IMG/VR virus record: IMGVR_UViG_3300020577_005824 | Strand: one strand, 5' to 3' | DNA length: 20,000 nucleotides | From: an uncultured virus (IMG/VR IMGVR_UViG_3300020577_005824) | Lineage: Duplodnaviria; Heunggongvirae; Uroviricota; Caudoviricetes | Shown: positions 9,354 to 18,558 of the stretch, piece after piece | Position numbering within the stretch: the first letter of the stretch is position 1 | Layout: every line of letters begins with the position of its first letter | Made by a program: the position numbers and the translations under genes | Notes under the pieces: generated by a model | Told to the model about the DNA's origin: nothing | The model's database searches: none | The model's input: the letters and a program-made list of their open reading frames with translations, nothing else

Positions 9354-10499
9354 TTAAGGTTTAGCGTACTCTGCAATTAAGAAACAGAAGATGTTCTCCT
9401 CCTCAGTATTTACCTTCGGAATAATAAAAGACGGTCTGTTTTTCTCAGATGAGTAATGTAACACGAACTCAATAGACTCCATGCTATTCAATACTTTTAT
9501 CAAGTGATTATGAGCAAAGTATTTAGTAATAGGTGTCTTTGTAATATTCTCCATAGTGATGATCTCCTCACCGTCTTTCTTAGTCAATGTATCTGAAGAT
9601 GTAAGTATGAGATTATTATCTTCACCGCAAGAAAAAAATACTTGCTTGACATCACTATCAGAAGCATAAAGCTGTAGTCTCTTGACTGCAGAATTACATT
9701 CTATAGCGTTTATTATGTACTTGTTTTCTGGACGCTTAGAGAACAATGATTCGCTATTTGGAAACTTTACATTTGCCAATGTCGTTACCACCTCAAACAT
9801 CTCCGAAGAATCACTCCCTGTATAGAAAATAGCATGTTTACCGTTATGAGAAACGCCTATCTCTCCTTTGTCTCCAAGTAATTTCAATAAACAACTAGCA
9901 GCGTCAGTTGTAATATTTATCTTTTCCCATTTATTAATTGAAATAGGAGGAACTGCAGCACGGCACATTAACTCATTAGTTAATCCAGTGAATACCATTT
10001 TATTGTCTATCTCAGCAATGTTAATGGCTACCATATTGGCATTCTTGTTATCGTCATCTACAAAGTTATAAGCATATTTCAATCCTAACTTTAAATAGAA
10101 TTGTCCTATGTTTATAGAATTTGTCATTTCCTCAATGGAAATTCGCGGAAAAGACTCAGGGAAACAATCCATGCCAATGTTATACTTGGACTTACCGCAT
10201 TTAAGCTCTATAGAATCCTCTTTCTTCTGAGTAATTGTAATTTGATTGTCACTGAATAACTTCACTGTTTTAAGTAATAGTTGAGCAGCTACACAAATAG
10301 CGAATGATGCATTTGCCTTTACTTGGCAGTCTGTTCTTAGCTGAGTGCCACTGTTGCACGCTATGATATCCATGCTATCGGAAGAGATGTTTAGCATGAA
10401 ATTATCCATTGCTGGGATAATTGATTTTGCTGGCACAAACTTAATGGCCTTTTCTAATTTGAAGAGTAAGAGTTCTCTATCTATAACTACCTTATTCAT
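9354..10499 (-). CDS. dnaN: DNA polymerase III beta sliding clamp-like protein
   Basis: 381 aa. N-terminus IDRELLLFKLEKAIKFVPAKSIIPAMDNFML, then ESFP, KFPNSESLF and a C-terminal RPSFII..FCFLI, matching the DnaN layout. Confidence 0.8.
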   Translation of the reverse strand: MNKVVIDRELLLFKLEKAIKFVPAKSIIPAMDNFMLNISSDSMDIIACNSGTQLRTDCQVKANASFAICVAAQLLLKTVKLFSDNQITITQKKEDSIELKCGKSKYNIGMDCFPESFPRISIEEMTNSINIGQFYLKLGLKYAYNFVDDDNKNANMVAINIAEIDNKMVFTGLTNELMCRAAVPPISINKWEKINITTDAASCLLKLLGDKGEIGVSHNGKHAIFYTGSDSSEMFEVVTTLANVKFPNSESLFSKRPENKYIINAIECNSAVKRLQLYASDSDVKQVFFSCGEDNNLILTSSDTLTKKDGEEIITMENITKTPITKYFAHNHLIKVLNSMESIEFVLHYSSEKNRPSFIIPKVNTEEENIFCFLIAEYAKP

Positions 10500-10511
10500 A
10501 ATCTGATTTCT

Positions 10512-10913
10512 TTATTCCTTTTTTAAAAATGTTAATATAGGGTCTTTTTGGCAAATATAAAGAGTCTTTTCATTTATTCCTTTCGTGATAACATAATCAT
10601 AATAAGTTTTCCATGATTCGTAATCTTCATCTTTATCAACATAGACCTCAAAGTGTGTTTTGTTAGTAGCTTCTTTTGTTGCTGGCATCCAAGGCATTCT
10701 TGGCCACATCCACTTTCCCTTCGTTAATCTACTATTTACAGATATAGCTCCTCTGAATATATGATTTACACCTATTGGTTCCATAAAGTAAAGAATCCTA
10801 CCTAAAACAATGGCGTTTGATCTATTCTTTTCGGTTACTAATGTAAAGTCATTGATAGCGCCTTTCTTTAGTTGCCATGGCGCCACACCGTAATTACTAG
10901 ATTGCTTTGCCAT
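10512..10913 (-). CDS. Hypothetical protein
   Basis: 133-aa ORF tightly packed in the operon. Confidence 0.6.
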   Translation of the reverse strand: MAKQSSNYGVAPWQLKKGAINDFTLVTEKNRSNAIVLGRILYFMEPIGVNHIFRGAISVNSRLTKGKWMWPRMPWMPATKEATNKTHFEVYVDKDEDYESWKTYYDYVITKGINEKTLYICQKDPILTFLKKE

Positions 10914-10914
10914 G

Positions 10915-12918
10915 TTATATAAAATCTGGAGGTGTAGGAAGGATTGATTCAGGAATTACTGGCGCTTCATTAATTTGATAAGCTATACCATCATTACGAA
11001 ACTTATTCTTTTCAATATGATCCCAAGATTTAATTACAACTTCACTGTCTACAACTCCTTTATTTTCTGACGGAATGAATTGAGATTTGTTGTCTTCTAT
11101 TCCTTTGATGAGTTGCTGCATTTGATCGAATGTTGGCTCGATAGTTTGCTTGGAATCGAAAATAATGTTTTCGTTACAACTATCCTTATTTTCTTCAAAC
11201 ATTGGTCCCGAATCCACCACTTTATCTTGTTGTGCCGGTACACTAACTTCTCCAGGAAGTGATATATTATTGTCAATAGGTAACTCATTTTTATTTAATA
11301 ATTGCTTGATTAATATTTCCTCTATTTTCTCCATCTCAAGAACCTCCTTTCCATCCATAAGCTGATTTATATCTTTCTCCTTATGAACCAAAAGGTTATA
11401 TAAATTCTCGTCAATGCTATCTTTTGCGAATGTATAATGAATGCGTAGATGCTGATTTTTTTTCTCAGGGTGCTTACATCTAAATTGCGCCTGACGAAGC
11501 TCTCTAGGAGTAAATGGAAAGTTTATGTGGAACACATCACTCGCTATAGATAAATCTAACGCTTCGCCTGCAGCAAGATAATTCCCTAAGAACACTTGCT
11601 TGTCAGGATTATCCCAAAACTCACGCTTAAATCTATCTCTGTCATAAGAGTTAGTGGTTCCATCTACCTTTAAGCATCTATCTCCAAAATACTCTTCAAG
11701 TATCTTAAACGGCTCCTTGTAAGAACCAAATACAACAACCTTTCCTTTTTCCTCGATAATATCTTCGATAGCCTGAATCATTCCCTTCATCTTAGCCTTA
11801 CAAGTGATGATATTTATTGAGTGAACGTGACCACGTAAAGCAGCCATATTCTTTTCCTTGGCCATCTCCTCGATAATAGAATTATACTCATCACGGTAAT
11901 CGTCAAAATCAAAAGTGTACCTTGATACTACATCCTCCGGCATATCGAAGCAATCATCCATTTTCTTCACAAGCATAAAATTTAGCATCTTGTTTTTAAG
12001 ATCCTGAATGTTCTTGGCACCAGTAACTTTCTCGCCACCACGAGAGGCGGTCTTGATAGTGTACTCATCAGTAAATTTCTTATAAGATTCACCTAGTGGG
12101 TGATTGGCTATTTTGAAGTAATTGAATAAATCGTTAAAACGATTAGGGATTGGAGTTCCTGATAATAATGTAATCTTAGCATTAGGATATGCTCCAGTAA
12201 TCTCATTTATGACCTTTGAGCGATCAGAAAATCTATTTTTGATACGATGACACTCATCGATGATAAAGTGTCCTATATCGTCAGATAAAAGATAGTCCTT
12301 AAACTTAGCCAGTATATCAAAATTTATGATAACGAACCTCTCCTGCAAAGCTTTGAATGATTTAGACTTCGAGCTATCAAGCATGGTGAAGTATAACTCA
12401 TTGAATCCCCAAGGAGCATTAGTTAAATCTCTAAACCATCCCCACTTCGCGATAGCAGGACATATAATCACTGTTCTTCTGATATTCAATATTCTAGTCA
12501 ATGAAGCGGAGGTTATAGATTTACCTAGTCTCATCTCAAATGCCAGGAAGTTAACACGATGCATTAATCCGAATCCTATACCCTCTTTCTGATGAGCGTA
12601 TAATTTAACAAAATACGGTAGCTTATCAGACATGAGTTGAATAGCTGAGTTTTCGTAAAAAGAATATGCTTCCTCTAAAGATTCATAGAATTTATTTCTT
12701 CTGTTTTCCTCGCTTATAGCCTCGGAAAAGTTCTTGAAAGATATTCTTATGAACTCAAACATCGCCTGCTTCCAAGTTCTAGGTATAGCTGCTGTTATAA
12801 CTCCTGAGTCAATATCTATGTCAAATCCATAACATTTAGCTAATACTATCTCTGTAGGATGCCATAACTTTTTCTCGAATCGTACGTGAGTGTTACTTAT
12901 TAGTTGAATGTCTTTCAT
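10915..12918 (-). CDS. SNF2-family (SF2) helicase
   Basis: LYAHQ, FEMRLGKS (motif I), IICP, IIDECH (II), LSGTP (III), GEALDL and Q..FR (VI). Confidence 0.88.
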   Translation of the reverse strand: MKDIQLISNTHVRFEKKLWHPTEIVLAKCYGFDIDIDSGVITAAIPRTWKQAMFEFIRISFKNFSEAISEENRRNKFYESLEEAYSFYENSAIQLMSDKLPYFVKLYAHQKEGIGFGLMHRVNFLAFEMRLGKSITSASLTRILNIRRTVIICPAIAKWGWFRDLTNAPWGFNELYFTMLDSSKSKSFKALQERFVIINFDILAKFKDYLLSDDIGHFIIDECHRIKNRFSDRSKVINEITGAYPNAKITLLSGTPIPNRFNDLFNYFKIANHPLGESYKKFTDEYTIKTASRGGEKVTGAKNIQDLKNKMLNFMLVKKMDDCFDMPEDVVSRYTFDFDDYRDEYNSIIEEMAKEKNMAALRGHVHSINIITCKAKMKGMIQAIEDIIEEKGKVVVFGSYKEPFKILEEYFGDRCLKVDGTTNSYDRDRFKREFWDNPDKQVFLGNYLAAGEALDLSIASDVFHINFPFTPRELRQAQFRCKHPEKKNQHLRIHYTFAKDSIDENLYNLLVHKEKDINQLMDGKEVLEMEKIEEILIKQLLNKNELPIDNNISLPGEVSVPAQQDKVVDSGPMFEENKDSCNENIIFDSKQTIEPTFDQMQQLIKGIEDNKSQFIPSENKGVVDSEVVIKSWDHIEKNKFRNDGIAYQINEAPVIPESILPTPPDFI

Positions 12919-13115
12919 ACTGATTTTTTTAATAAAATTGAATAAGTTGTAATGATTTCATTGACACCTTCTTTTTTATCGAATGCAATTACGCTGCTTG
13001 TGGTCATAGGGGACATTGGAATGTAATCTCTTTTGTTACACATTATATCCATAGTTTCCTCAAATGCGCGCTTACTTGTTTCTGACACGACTTTAAATTC
13101 AATTTGAATAGCCAT
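12915..13115 (-). CDS. Small hypothetical protein
   Basis: 66-aa ORF coupled to both neighbours by start/stop overlaps. Confidence 0.55.
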   Translation of the reverse strand: MAIQIEFKVVSETSKRAFEETMDIMCNKRDYIPMSPMTTSSVIAFDKKEGVNEIITTYSILLKKSV

Positions 13116-14554
13116 TACTTCAACACCTCCTCTGTAAACTTAACTTCTAATTCCTCACCTTCAAATTTCACAAATTCACAGACCGCCATATATCCACGAG
13201 CCTCAATCTTCTCAATTATAGCATGTAAGTGTTTCTTATCAAATACATTGGCATCGTGTAAGAATATAATTTTTAATGTTGGATTTAACGACATAGCTAC
13301 CTCTACGCCAACATCCCATAAACGAGCAGTGTTTATCTGTCCGTCTTCTAATGGCAATCCATCTAAGTAAAGATTATCATCATCAAAGCTTAATCCCTGA
13401 ATAGGAAGCTGAGAGTTTTTGATTATGTTATCTCTATCTGACTCAAGCTTGTTGATAGCGGCATTTTTAGCAACTACAGCCTCTCGGCACTTCAATAACT
13501 CTCGCTGATGCTCTGCAAGCTTAGAGATATTATTACACTTCTCATTGTGAGCAATAGCATCATTTATCTGATGACTTACCTCATCTACCGAAGGGCGATG
13601 ATTAGAAGCTAACCACTGCTCGCCTTTGACTATATTTTCCTTAGCCGTAGCAACCTCTTGTTTAATGGTAGCTACAGCATTATCGCACTCCGCTACTGCA
13701 TTAGCTTGAATACCTTGTTGACGCTTAATTTCCTCATTAAGACGAAATATCTCAGCAGAAGCAGCGCTTATCTTAACATTTGCAGATTCTCTGAAGGTAT
13801 TGATTCTCATCTCTGCATTATCTACGGTTGCCTTAAATCCAACAACCTTATTGTTAATATCATCCCATTGTGATTGCGCTGCTCCAATAGAAGACATTGC
13901 CGTTTGCATTGCCGTAATATCAATCTTCGTGGAATACTTATCCACCTCCTCAGCAGAAAGTCCATGGTTGGAAAGTATAGCATCTAACTCCTCGGCTCTA
14001 TCACTATTCTTTTTCTTTTCTGCCTTCTCAAGCTTTATGTTTGCAGATACCACATCTATCTCCTGACCTTTACCAGTAAGAGCCTTGATAGTTTTTAGCT
14101 TATTCTCAGGTTTATCATTCAGCCATTGAGTAACATCAAAAGATACGTTTCCTATGATTGACTTAATAAGCGTAGCTGGAGATTTTAATACCTCTCCAAG
14201 CTCATTCTTAATAACCAATCTACCCTTGCTATCTTTTTTTGTGAAGTATAAGTCCATGACGTACTCCTTATGAACTCCATCTATAGTTCCGGCTATAGTA
14301 TGTGAAATCATTGCTCTTTCCTCACCTGCTTTGATAGGTTTTGTAGGTAACATCTTTGTGTTCATTGGAGACATCATAGCTTGAATAAGCGCTGATTTAC
14401 CTGAGCCATTTGGACCTATAAACATTAACGAACGCCCTCCAATGTCTACTACTACATTTTGGAGGTTTTTGAAGTTTTCAACTACTAACTTTACGGATTT
14501 TAATCCTTCTGGTAATTGTGTTTCTGAATCTGTTGCTGTCGTCTTTTTTGCCAT
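13115..14554 (-). CDS. SMC/Rad50-like coiled-coil P-loop ATPase
   Basis: VENFK, Walker A GPNGSGKS, a long central coiled coil and a C-terminal Walker B-like IIFLHDANVFD. Confidence 0.8.
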   Translation of the reverse strand: MAKKTTATDSETQLPEGLKSVKLVVENFKNLQNVVVDIGGRSLMFIGPNGSGKSALIQAMMSPMNTKMLPTKPIKAGEERAMISHTIAGTIDGVHKEYVMDLYFTKKDSKGRLVIKNELGEVLKSPATLIKSIIGNVSFDVTQWLNDKPENKLKTIKALTGKGQEIDVVSANIKLEKAEKKKNSDRAEELDAILSNHGLSAEEVDKYSTKIDITAMQTAMSSIGAAQSQWDDINNKVVGFKATVDNAEMRINTFRESANVKISAASAEIFRLNEEIKRQQGIQANAVAECDNAVATIKQEVATAKENIVKGEQWLASNHRPSVDEVSHQINDAIAHNEKCNNISKLAEHQRELLKCREAVVAKNAAINKLESDRDNIIKNSQLPIQGLSFDDDNLYLDGLPLEDGQINTARLWDVGVEVAMSLNPTLKIIFLHDANVFDKKHLHAIIEKIEARGYMAVCEFVKFEGEELEVKFTEEVLK

Positions 14555-14568
14555 TGTTTTTAATTTTA

Positions 14569-15621
14569 TTAATCTTTATAACTTTCTAATTTAGCTAATT
14601 CCTTTTTCCTCTGCTCGCAAAACTGAGCTACCTGGCAGTATTCTTCACATTTCCTGCTTGATCCTGCTCTTACCTCAATCCACAATTTACCTTTACCACC
14701 AATAATCTCGTATGAGTTCTTATTCTCGATGATAAACGTATCCGCAGCAGTCTTGCTATCAAATACTCTAACTGCTCTTTTTACAGTTCCCTGCTTCACG
14801 GCAAATGAATCTGATGTAGCCCATCTCTCTTCACCGGTACACTCAGGAACATCTCCATTTTCAGCACGAGTGTGTAAATCCATTCTGTGAAGAATGTACT
14901 TAAATACATCTTCACGAGGATAAAGCTTTACGTTGATTTCCTTAACTTGACGATCTGGATAATCCTTATTTCTTACAAATCCGTATCTATTCCAATCTCT
15001 GAATAACGCTACGATCTTAATTGCTGTAACGTTAAAGCCATGCTGCTCTTTTAACATGTAAGCATAGATATTAGTCTGGCGCTCCCACTTAACATTGGCT
15101 CCTGGAGCAGTGTATTGAAATGTAGAACAGAATTTATAATCATACAAGATACCAGTTTCCTTATCATACAAGTCAAAAGTACCTGAAAGCACCTTATCAC
15201 CAACCTGCAATTGCATGGTTATCTCATATACATATCTATCCCCAATTTCAGGGAAGAAAATAGGGATAAGACTAAATATCCAATTTGCTCCATTGCGGAG
15301 CTTATCTGCAGCCTCCTTATTAGATGTCGACATCTTATCAGCTTCCTGCATGATAGTCTCTGCAGTAGTAATGAATGCGCGCTTGCGCTCCGACTTAATA
15401 TTTGCTCGCTCAAGGATATGGTGTAATGCCGTACCCATAAGAGCATAAAGTCCATCAACCACATCTTCCTCATAGGTATGCTTTTTCTTCAATAAGCGAA
15501 TCTGCGGAGCGTCTATCAGCGTGGTAACGGATATGTCACCGGCAAGCTTATGTGTATCGTACTTTATAGCATCGTATAAGGTAGTTGGTAGACCAAACTT
15601 GTTAGTAAGTATTCTTGGCAT
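14569..15621 (-). CDS. PD-(D/E)XK exonuclease (Cas4/AddB-like recombination nuclease)
   Basis: SVTTL, GTALH, E...LSGTFD, LYDYK, QTNIY and a C-terminal Cys cluster CEEYCQVAQFC. Confidence 0.8.
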   Translation of the reverse strand: MPRILTNKFGLPTTLYDAIKYDTHKLAGDISVTTLIDAPQIRLLKKKHTYEEDVVDGLYALMGTALHHILERANIKSERKRAFITTAETIMQEADKMSTSNKEAADKLRNGANWIFSLIPIFFPEIGDRYVYEITMQLQVGDKVLSGTFDLYDKETGILYDYKFCSTFQYTAPGANVKWERQTNIYAYMLKEQHGFNVTAIKIVALFRDWNRYGFVRNKDYPDRQVKEINVKLYPREDVFKYILHRMDLHTRAENGDVPECTGEERWATSDSFAVKQGTVKRAVRVFDSKTAADTFIIENKNSYEIIGGKGKLWIEVRAGSSRKCEEYCQVAQFCEQRKKELAKLESYKD

Positions 15622-15745
15622 TTTTAGAGTAGTTTAGTTTTATACCTTTGTCAGAAGCATCGTCATACGATTTTTCTACGATTTTAGTTTTTAATGTAGA
15701 TCTCCACGCTTTTAGAGACTCTATTTTAAGGGTTTGTTTTGCCAT
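15602..15745 (-). CDS. Small hypothetical protein (47 aa), not in the ORF track
   Basis: MAKQTLKIESLKAWRSTLKTKIVEKSYDDASDKGIKLNYSKNAKNTY* fills the gap and overlaps both neighbours. Confidence 0.45.
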   Translation of the reverse strand: MAKQTLKIESLKAWRSTLKTKIVEKSYDDASDKGIKLNYSKNAKNTY

Positions 15746-15950
15746 GGTTTTTAAGTATTTTAATTTGATCTTTTGTTAATACATCTTTATATTCTTCGAT
15801 TGTCTCTTCTAACGAAATTCCATGTATTCTGACTCCGAAAAGCTTCTCTTTTTGCTCATCGGTTAGAGGAGGAATCAATAAAGTTTTGAAATCAGGAAAC
15901 TGTCCAGATTCTTCGAAAAATTGCCTATGCTGATATATATCGTTGCTCAT
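15726..15950 (-). CDS. Hypothetical protein
   Basis: 74-aa ORF following an AT-rich intergenic gap. Confidence 0.55.
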   Translation of the reverse strand: MSNDIYQHRQFFEESGQFPDFKTLLIPPLTDEQKEKLFGVRIHGISLEETIEEYKDVLTKDQIKILKNHGKTNP

Positions 15951-16013
15951 AATTTCCGTAAAGTTAAACTTTATTTTTTCGATAAAAAAATATTTTTGTC
16001 GAATTTTTAATAT

Positions 16014-16202
16014 TTAGAACTTATCTAAATAAGGCATGTTAAATTTGATCCTGTAGATAGATTCTCTGTTGTAATCCCACACTTCATAAACCACATTATT
16101 AGAGTCTATGACTATGTTGTTTGAAAGCTTTGTGATGGGAAATCTCGGAGGAGCATCTACCTGTTTCGGGAAGACGAACTTCGGAGGTTCTGGTGTTTTC
16201 AT
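16014..16202 (-). CDS. Hypothetical protein
   Basis: 62-aa ORF with a TAATG overlap with the upstream gene. Confidence 0.5.
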   Translation of the reverse strand: MKTPEPPKFVFPKQVDAPPRFPITKLSNNIVIDSNNVVYEVWDYNRESIYRIKFNMPYLDKF

Positions 16203-16666
16203 TATTTCACTTGTTTATAGTTTCTACCTGTAAGTTGTTTTGCTTTCCACTCCTCAGAGTCAGGAACCTCGGTCTCTAACTCCTGCTCGATGTAGAACAT
16301 GCAGTCTTGAATGAATTTCAATAACCTGGCTTTTGACATTGACGATAGGTCGATGAGGTAAACTTGAATTTGGCCTGTTTTCTGATTATACATTTCTTCT
16401 TTGGCTAGTTCTGCTTGTAGCATATATCTAGCCTTTACCTTATCTACCGCAGCCCATCCTTGGCGAGTATATCCTCGCATCGCAGCATCCATTAGAGGCC
16501 CATGAAGGAAAGCGTACATCCTCATCTTTTCAGGAGTCTTTGCTGAATGTTTTATGGATAAATCCACTTCAACTCCATCGTTTTCTACACAGTATCTTTC
16601 TACGTCAAAATTATTGAAGAATAAAAATCTTCCTTTATTGCACACGGCTTTAAAAATAGCTTGCAT
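16202..16666 (-). CDS. NinB/Orf-like recombination accessory protein (tentative)
   Basis: The C-terminal DLSSMSKARLLKFIQDCMFYIEQELETEVPD resembles the NinB-family ending; size and context fit. Confidence 0.45.
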   Translation of the reverse strand: MQAIFKAVCNKGRFLFFNNFDVERYCVENDGVEVDLSIKHSAKTPEKMRMYAFLHGPLMDAAMRGYTRQGWAAVDKVKARYMLQAELAKEEMYNQKTGQIQVYLIDLSSMSKARLLKFIQDCMFYIEQELETEVPDSEEWKAKQLTGRNYKQVK

Positions 16667-16793
16667 GATTACTGAGTTAAATACATTAATGTTATTATTA
16701 TGTCTAAAGTAACTGAATAAATGAATAATGGCGGAAAATCATCATCTTTATTAAAAACGAATACCCATAAAAGGTAAAACAAAAGCGTTATCA

Positions 16794-17192
16794 TTACTTC
16801 CTCCCTCTTTTTTTGTTACCTAATATGGCTCCTATAGGGCCGTGATTTTCTTCGTGAATGTATGGTTCAAGATTATGTTTATGATAATTTTGAAGAACGA
16901 ATGGCTTAGGATCCTCTTTTAAAATTTCACTGAGAGGACGAGGCTTGTTTTCTCGCGGGACATCTTCGAGAGTCTTTGCTATTTCTGGTCCATACACCTT
17001 AGTTCCTTCCGTTGATACGCCTATCATTTTACTTATACGTTCAGTTACGTCTCTTTCATTCATTTCTAATCCGTGACCTAGAAATATAATTGCTTTTTGA
17101 CTTTGAAGAAGTTTTTCTATGGCAATCCTTGTGGCGGTACCCATTCCTTCAGCTCCAATAACTATAATTTTATCCTTTTTCATTACCTTCAA
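16794..17192 (-). CDS. Hypothetical protein
   Basis: 132-aa ORF overlapping the RNase H gene; the start may be a slightly later ATG. Confidence 0.5.
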   Translation of the reverse strand: MKVMKKDKIIVIGAEGMGTATRIAIEKLLQSQKAIIFLGHGLEMNERDVTERISKMIGVSTEGTKVYGPEIAKTLEDVPRENKPRPLSEILKEDPKPFVLQNYHKHNLEPYIHEENHGPIGAILGNKKRGRK

Positions 17193-17664
17193 GTTTATTA
17201 ATTAATATACCCATTTCTATCTTAGCTGCAGCATCACACATGGCATTGGCACGAGACCTGCTTGCCATATTTGTATCGTCATGTCCCTTAACGTGCACTA
17301 AGAATATCTTCTTTCCGCTAAATAACTTCTTTATCTGCATCCTAGAGCCATACATCATCTTACTTAAATTCTTTAGCCTATACTTTCTAATGGCTACTTT
17401 ATCATGCTTCCAAATATGGATAGCGTTCATAGAGTCAGTGTTGATATGAACATCCTTGCATTTACTGAAGATGTCTTCCTGCTGCGACAGGAATACTAGG
17501 GCATTGATGATGCACTTAATTTCAGCCTCAGAAGGGCTAGAGCATTTCTTTCTAAGCTCACCAGACTTTGACATCCTTCCGGCATTTGAACTTATGTAGA
17601 AGGCGTATGTGCCACGATTATGTTTGGCACTATATGAAGCGTCGGTGGTTATGGTGACGTTCAT
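17170..17664 (-). CDS. rnhA: Ribonuclease HI-like protein
   Basis: Catalytic motifs ITTDAS, EAE, NTDS, HVKGH and N..CD..AK. Confidence 0.85.
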   Translation of the reverse strand: MNVTITTDASYSAKHNRGTYAFYISSNAGRMSKSGELRKKCSSPSEAEIKCIINALVFLSQQEDIFSKCKDVHINTDSMNAIHIWKHDKVAIRKYRLKNLSKMMYGSRMQIKKLFSGKKIFLVHVKGHDDTNMASRSRANAMCDAAAKIEMGILINKLEGNEKG

Positions 17665-18494
17665 CGCATTGATATATTTGATATTGGTGATGGAACTCTA
17701 CTTATAAGATTGTGACTTATATGAGTGTAAATTTGAGTTGTTTTTAGACTGCCATGACCAAGAAGCTTTTGGATAATTGAAATATCGGTTCCGTTTTCAA
17801 GTAAATGTGTAGCGTAGCAATGTCGAATAAGGTGAGGATAAACGTTTTTATTTTTTATTCCTGCATTCTCGGCAAGCTGATTAACAACCTCTCCGATGCT
17901 TCTACTTGAATATTGCAATGATGATTGTCCGTTCAATACATATTCCTTTGACTTATATTCTTTCCAATATCTTATTAAAAGTTCTTCTATGGAATTATCT
18001 AATCCAACCTGTCGATCTTTATTACCCTTGGCTTGTATTACGTTAATAATTCTTCTGTCTCTATCTATATGATTCCACTTTAGATTTATTAACTCAGACA
18101 CTCTAAGTCCACAAGAGTACAGTAGCGCTAGTATTACGCGATGTTTTAAGTTTTCGCAAGAATCAAACATTCTTTGTATTTCTTGAATAGAGAGAATTAT
18201 TGGCAATTTGTTGTTTTTCTTAGCATAGGGAATGTATTTAAACTTATTCTTTTGTCCTATACATATATCATAAAACTTTTTTATTGCAGAATGATAGTTT
18301 CGCTGAGTATTCACCTCTTTAAATGTACCTAAAAACTCCTTAATATCACTTTCGTTAATATTCTTAGGGTGGTCTTTTTTAGACTGAGAAAAGAAAAATT
18401 TAATACAACCAGAATAACTTTCAATGGTATTCTTGCTGTAATTTCTACGCTTCATTTCCTGCTCGAAATTGATTGCGTGTTCAGAGATATTCAT
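17661..18494 (-). CDS. Tyrosine recombinase, integron-integrase-like but without the IntI insertion
   Basis: SAM-like N-terminus RRNYSKNTIESY, then LYSCGLRVSE (R), KGNKDR (K), HLIRH, LGH and TTQIYTH (Y). Adjacent to an attI-like site and cassette array. Confidence 0.92.
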   Translation of the reverse strand: MNISEHAINFEQEMKRRNYSKNTIESYSGCIKFFFSQSKKDHPKNINESDIKEFLGTFKEVNTQRNYHSAIKKFYDICIGQKNKFKYIPYAKKNNKLPIILSIQEIQRMFDSCENLKHRVILALLYSCGLRVSELINLKWNHIDRDRRIINVIQAKGNKDRQVGLDNSIEELLIRYWKEYKSKEYVLNGQSSLQYSSRSIGEVVNQLAENAGIKNKNVYPHLIRHCYATHLLENGTDISIIQKLLGHGSLKTTQIYTHISHNLISRVPSPISNISMR

Positions 18495-18529
18495 TTTGAT
18501 TATTGATTTTATTAATGTTTTAAACTGAA

Positions 18530-18558
18530 ACTTACATATTTTATGTTAGTGGCAATGC
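18530..18558 (+). other. attI-like recombination site (predicted crossover G18545|T18546)
   Basis: GTTAGTGGCAATGC lies 51 bp from the integrase start and has no long attC hairpin to its left. There is a short imperfect dyad ACTTACATA-ttt-TATGTTAGT. Confidence 0.7.

Noticed and set aside
14569..15621. Cas4-like nuclease as evidence of a CRISPR-Cas system
   Set aside because: There are no other cas genes or arrays; stand-alone nucleases of this type are common in phage recombination modules.
16667..16794. Possible ~30-aa hydrophobic ORFs in the gap
   Set aside because: Two competing short frames with no supporting evidence for either.
17661..18494. Chromosomal xerC/xerD or ordinary prophage integrase
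   Set aside because: The phage-operon context and adjacent cassette array argue against it, and no tRNA or att boundary is visible, so no gene symbol was assigned.
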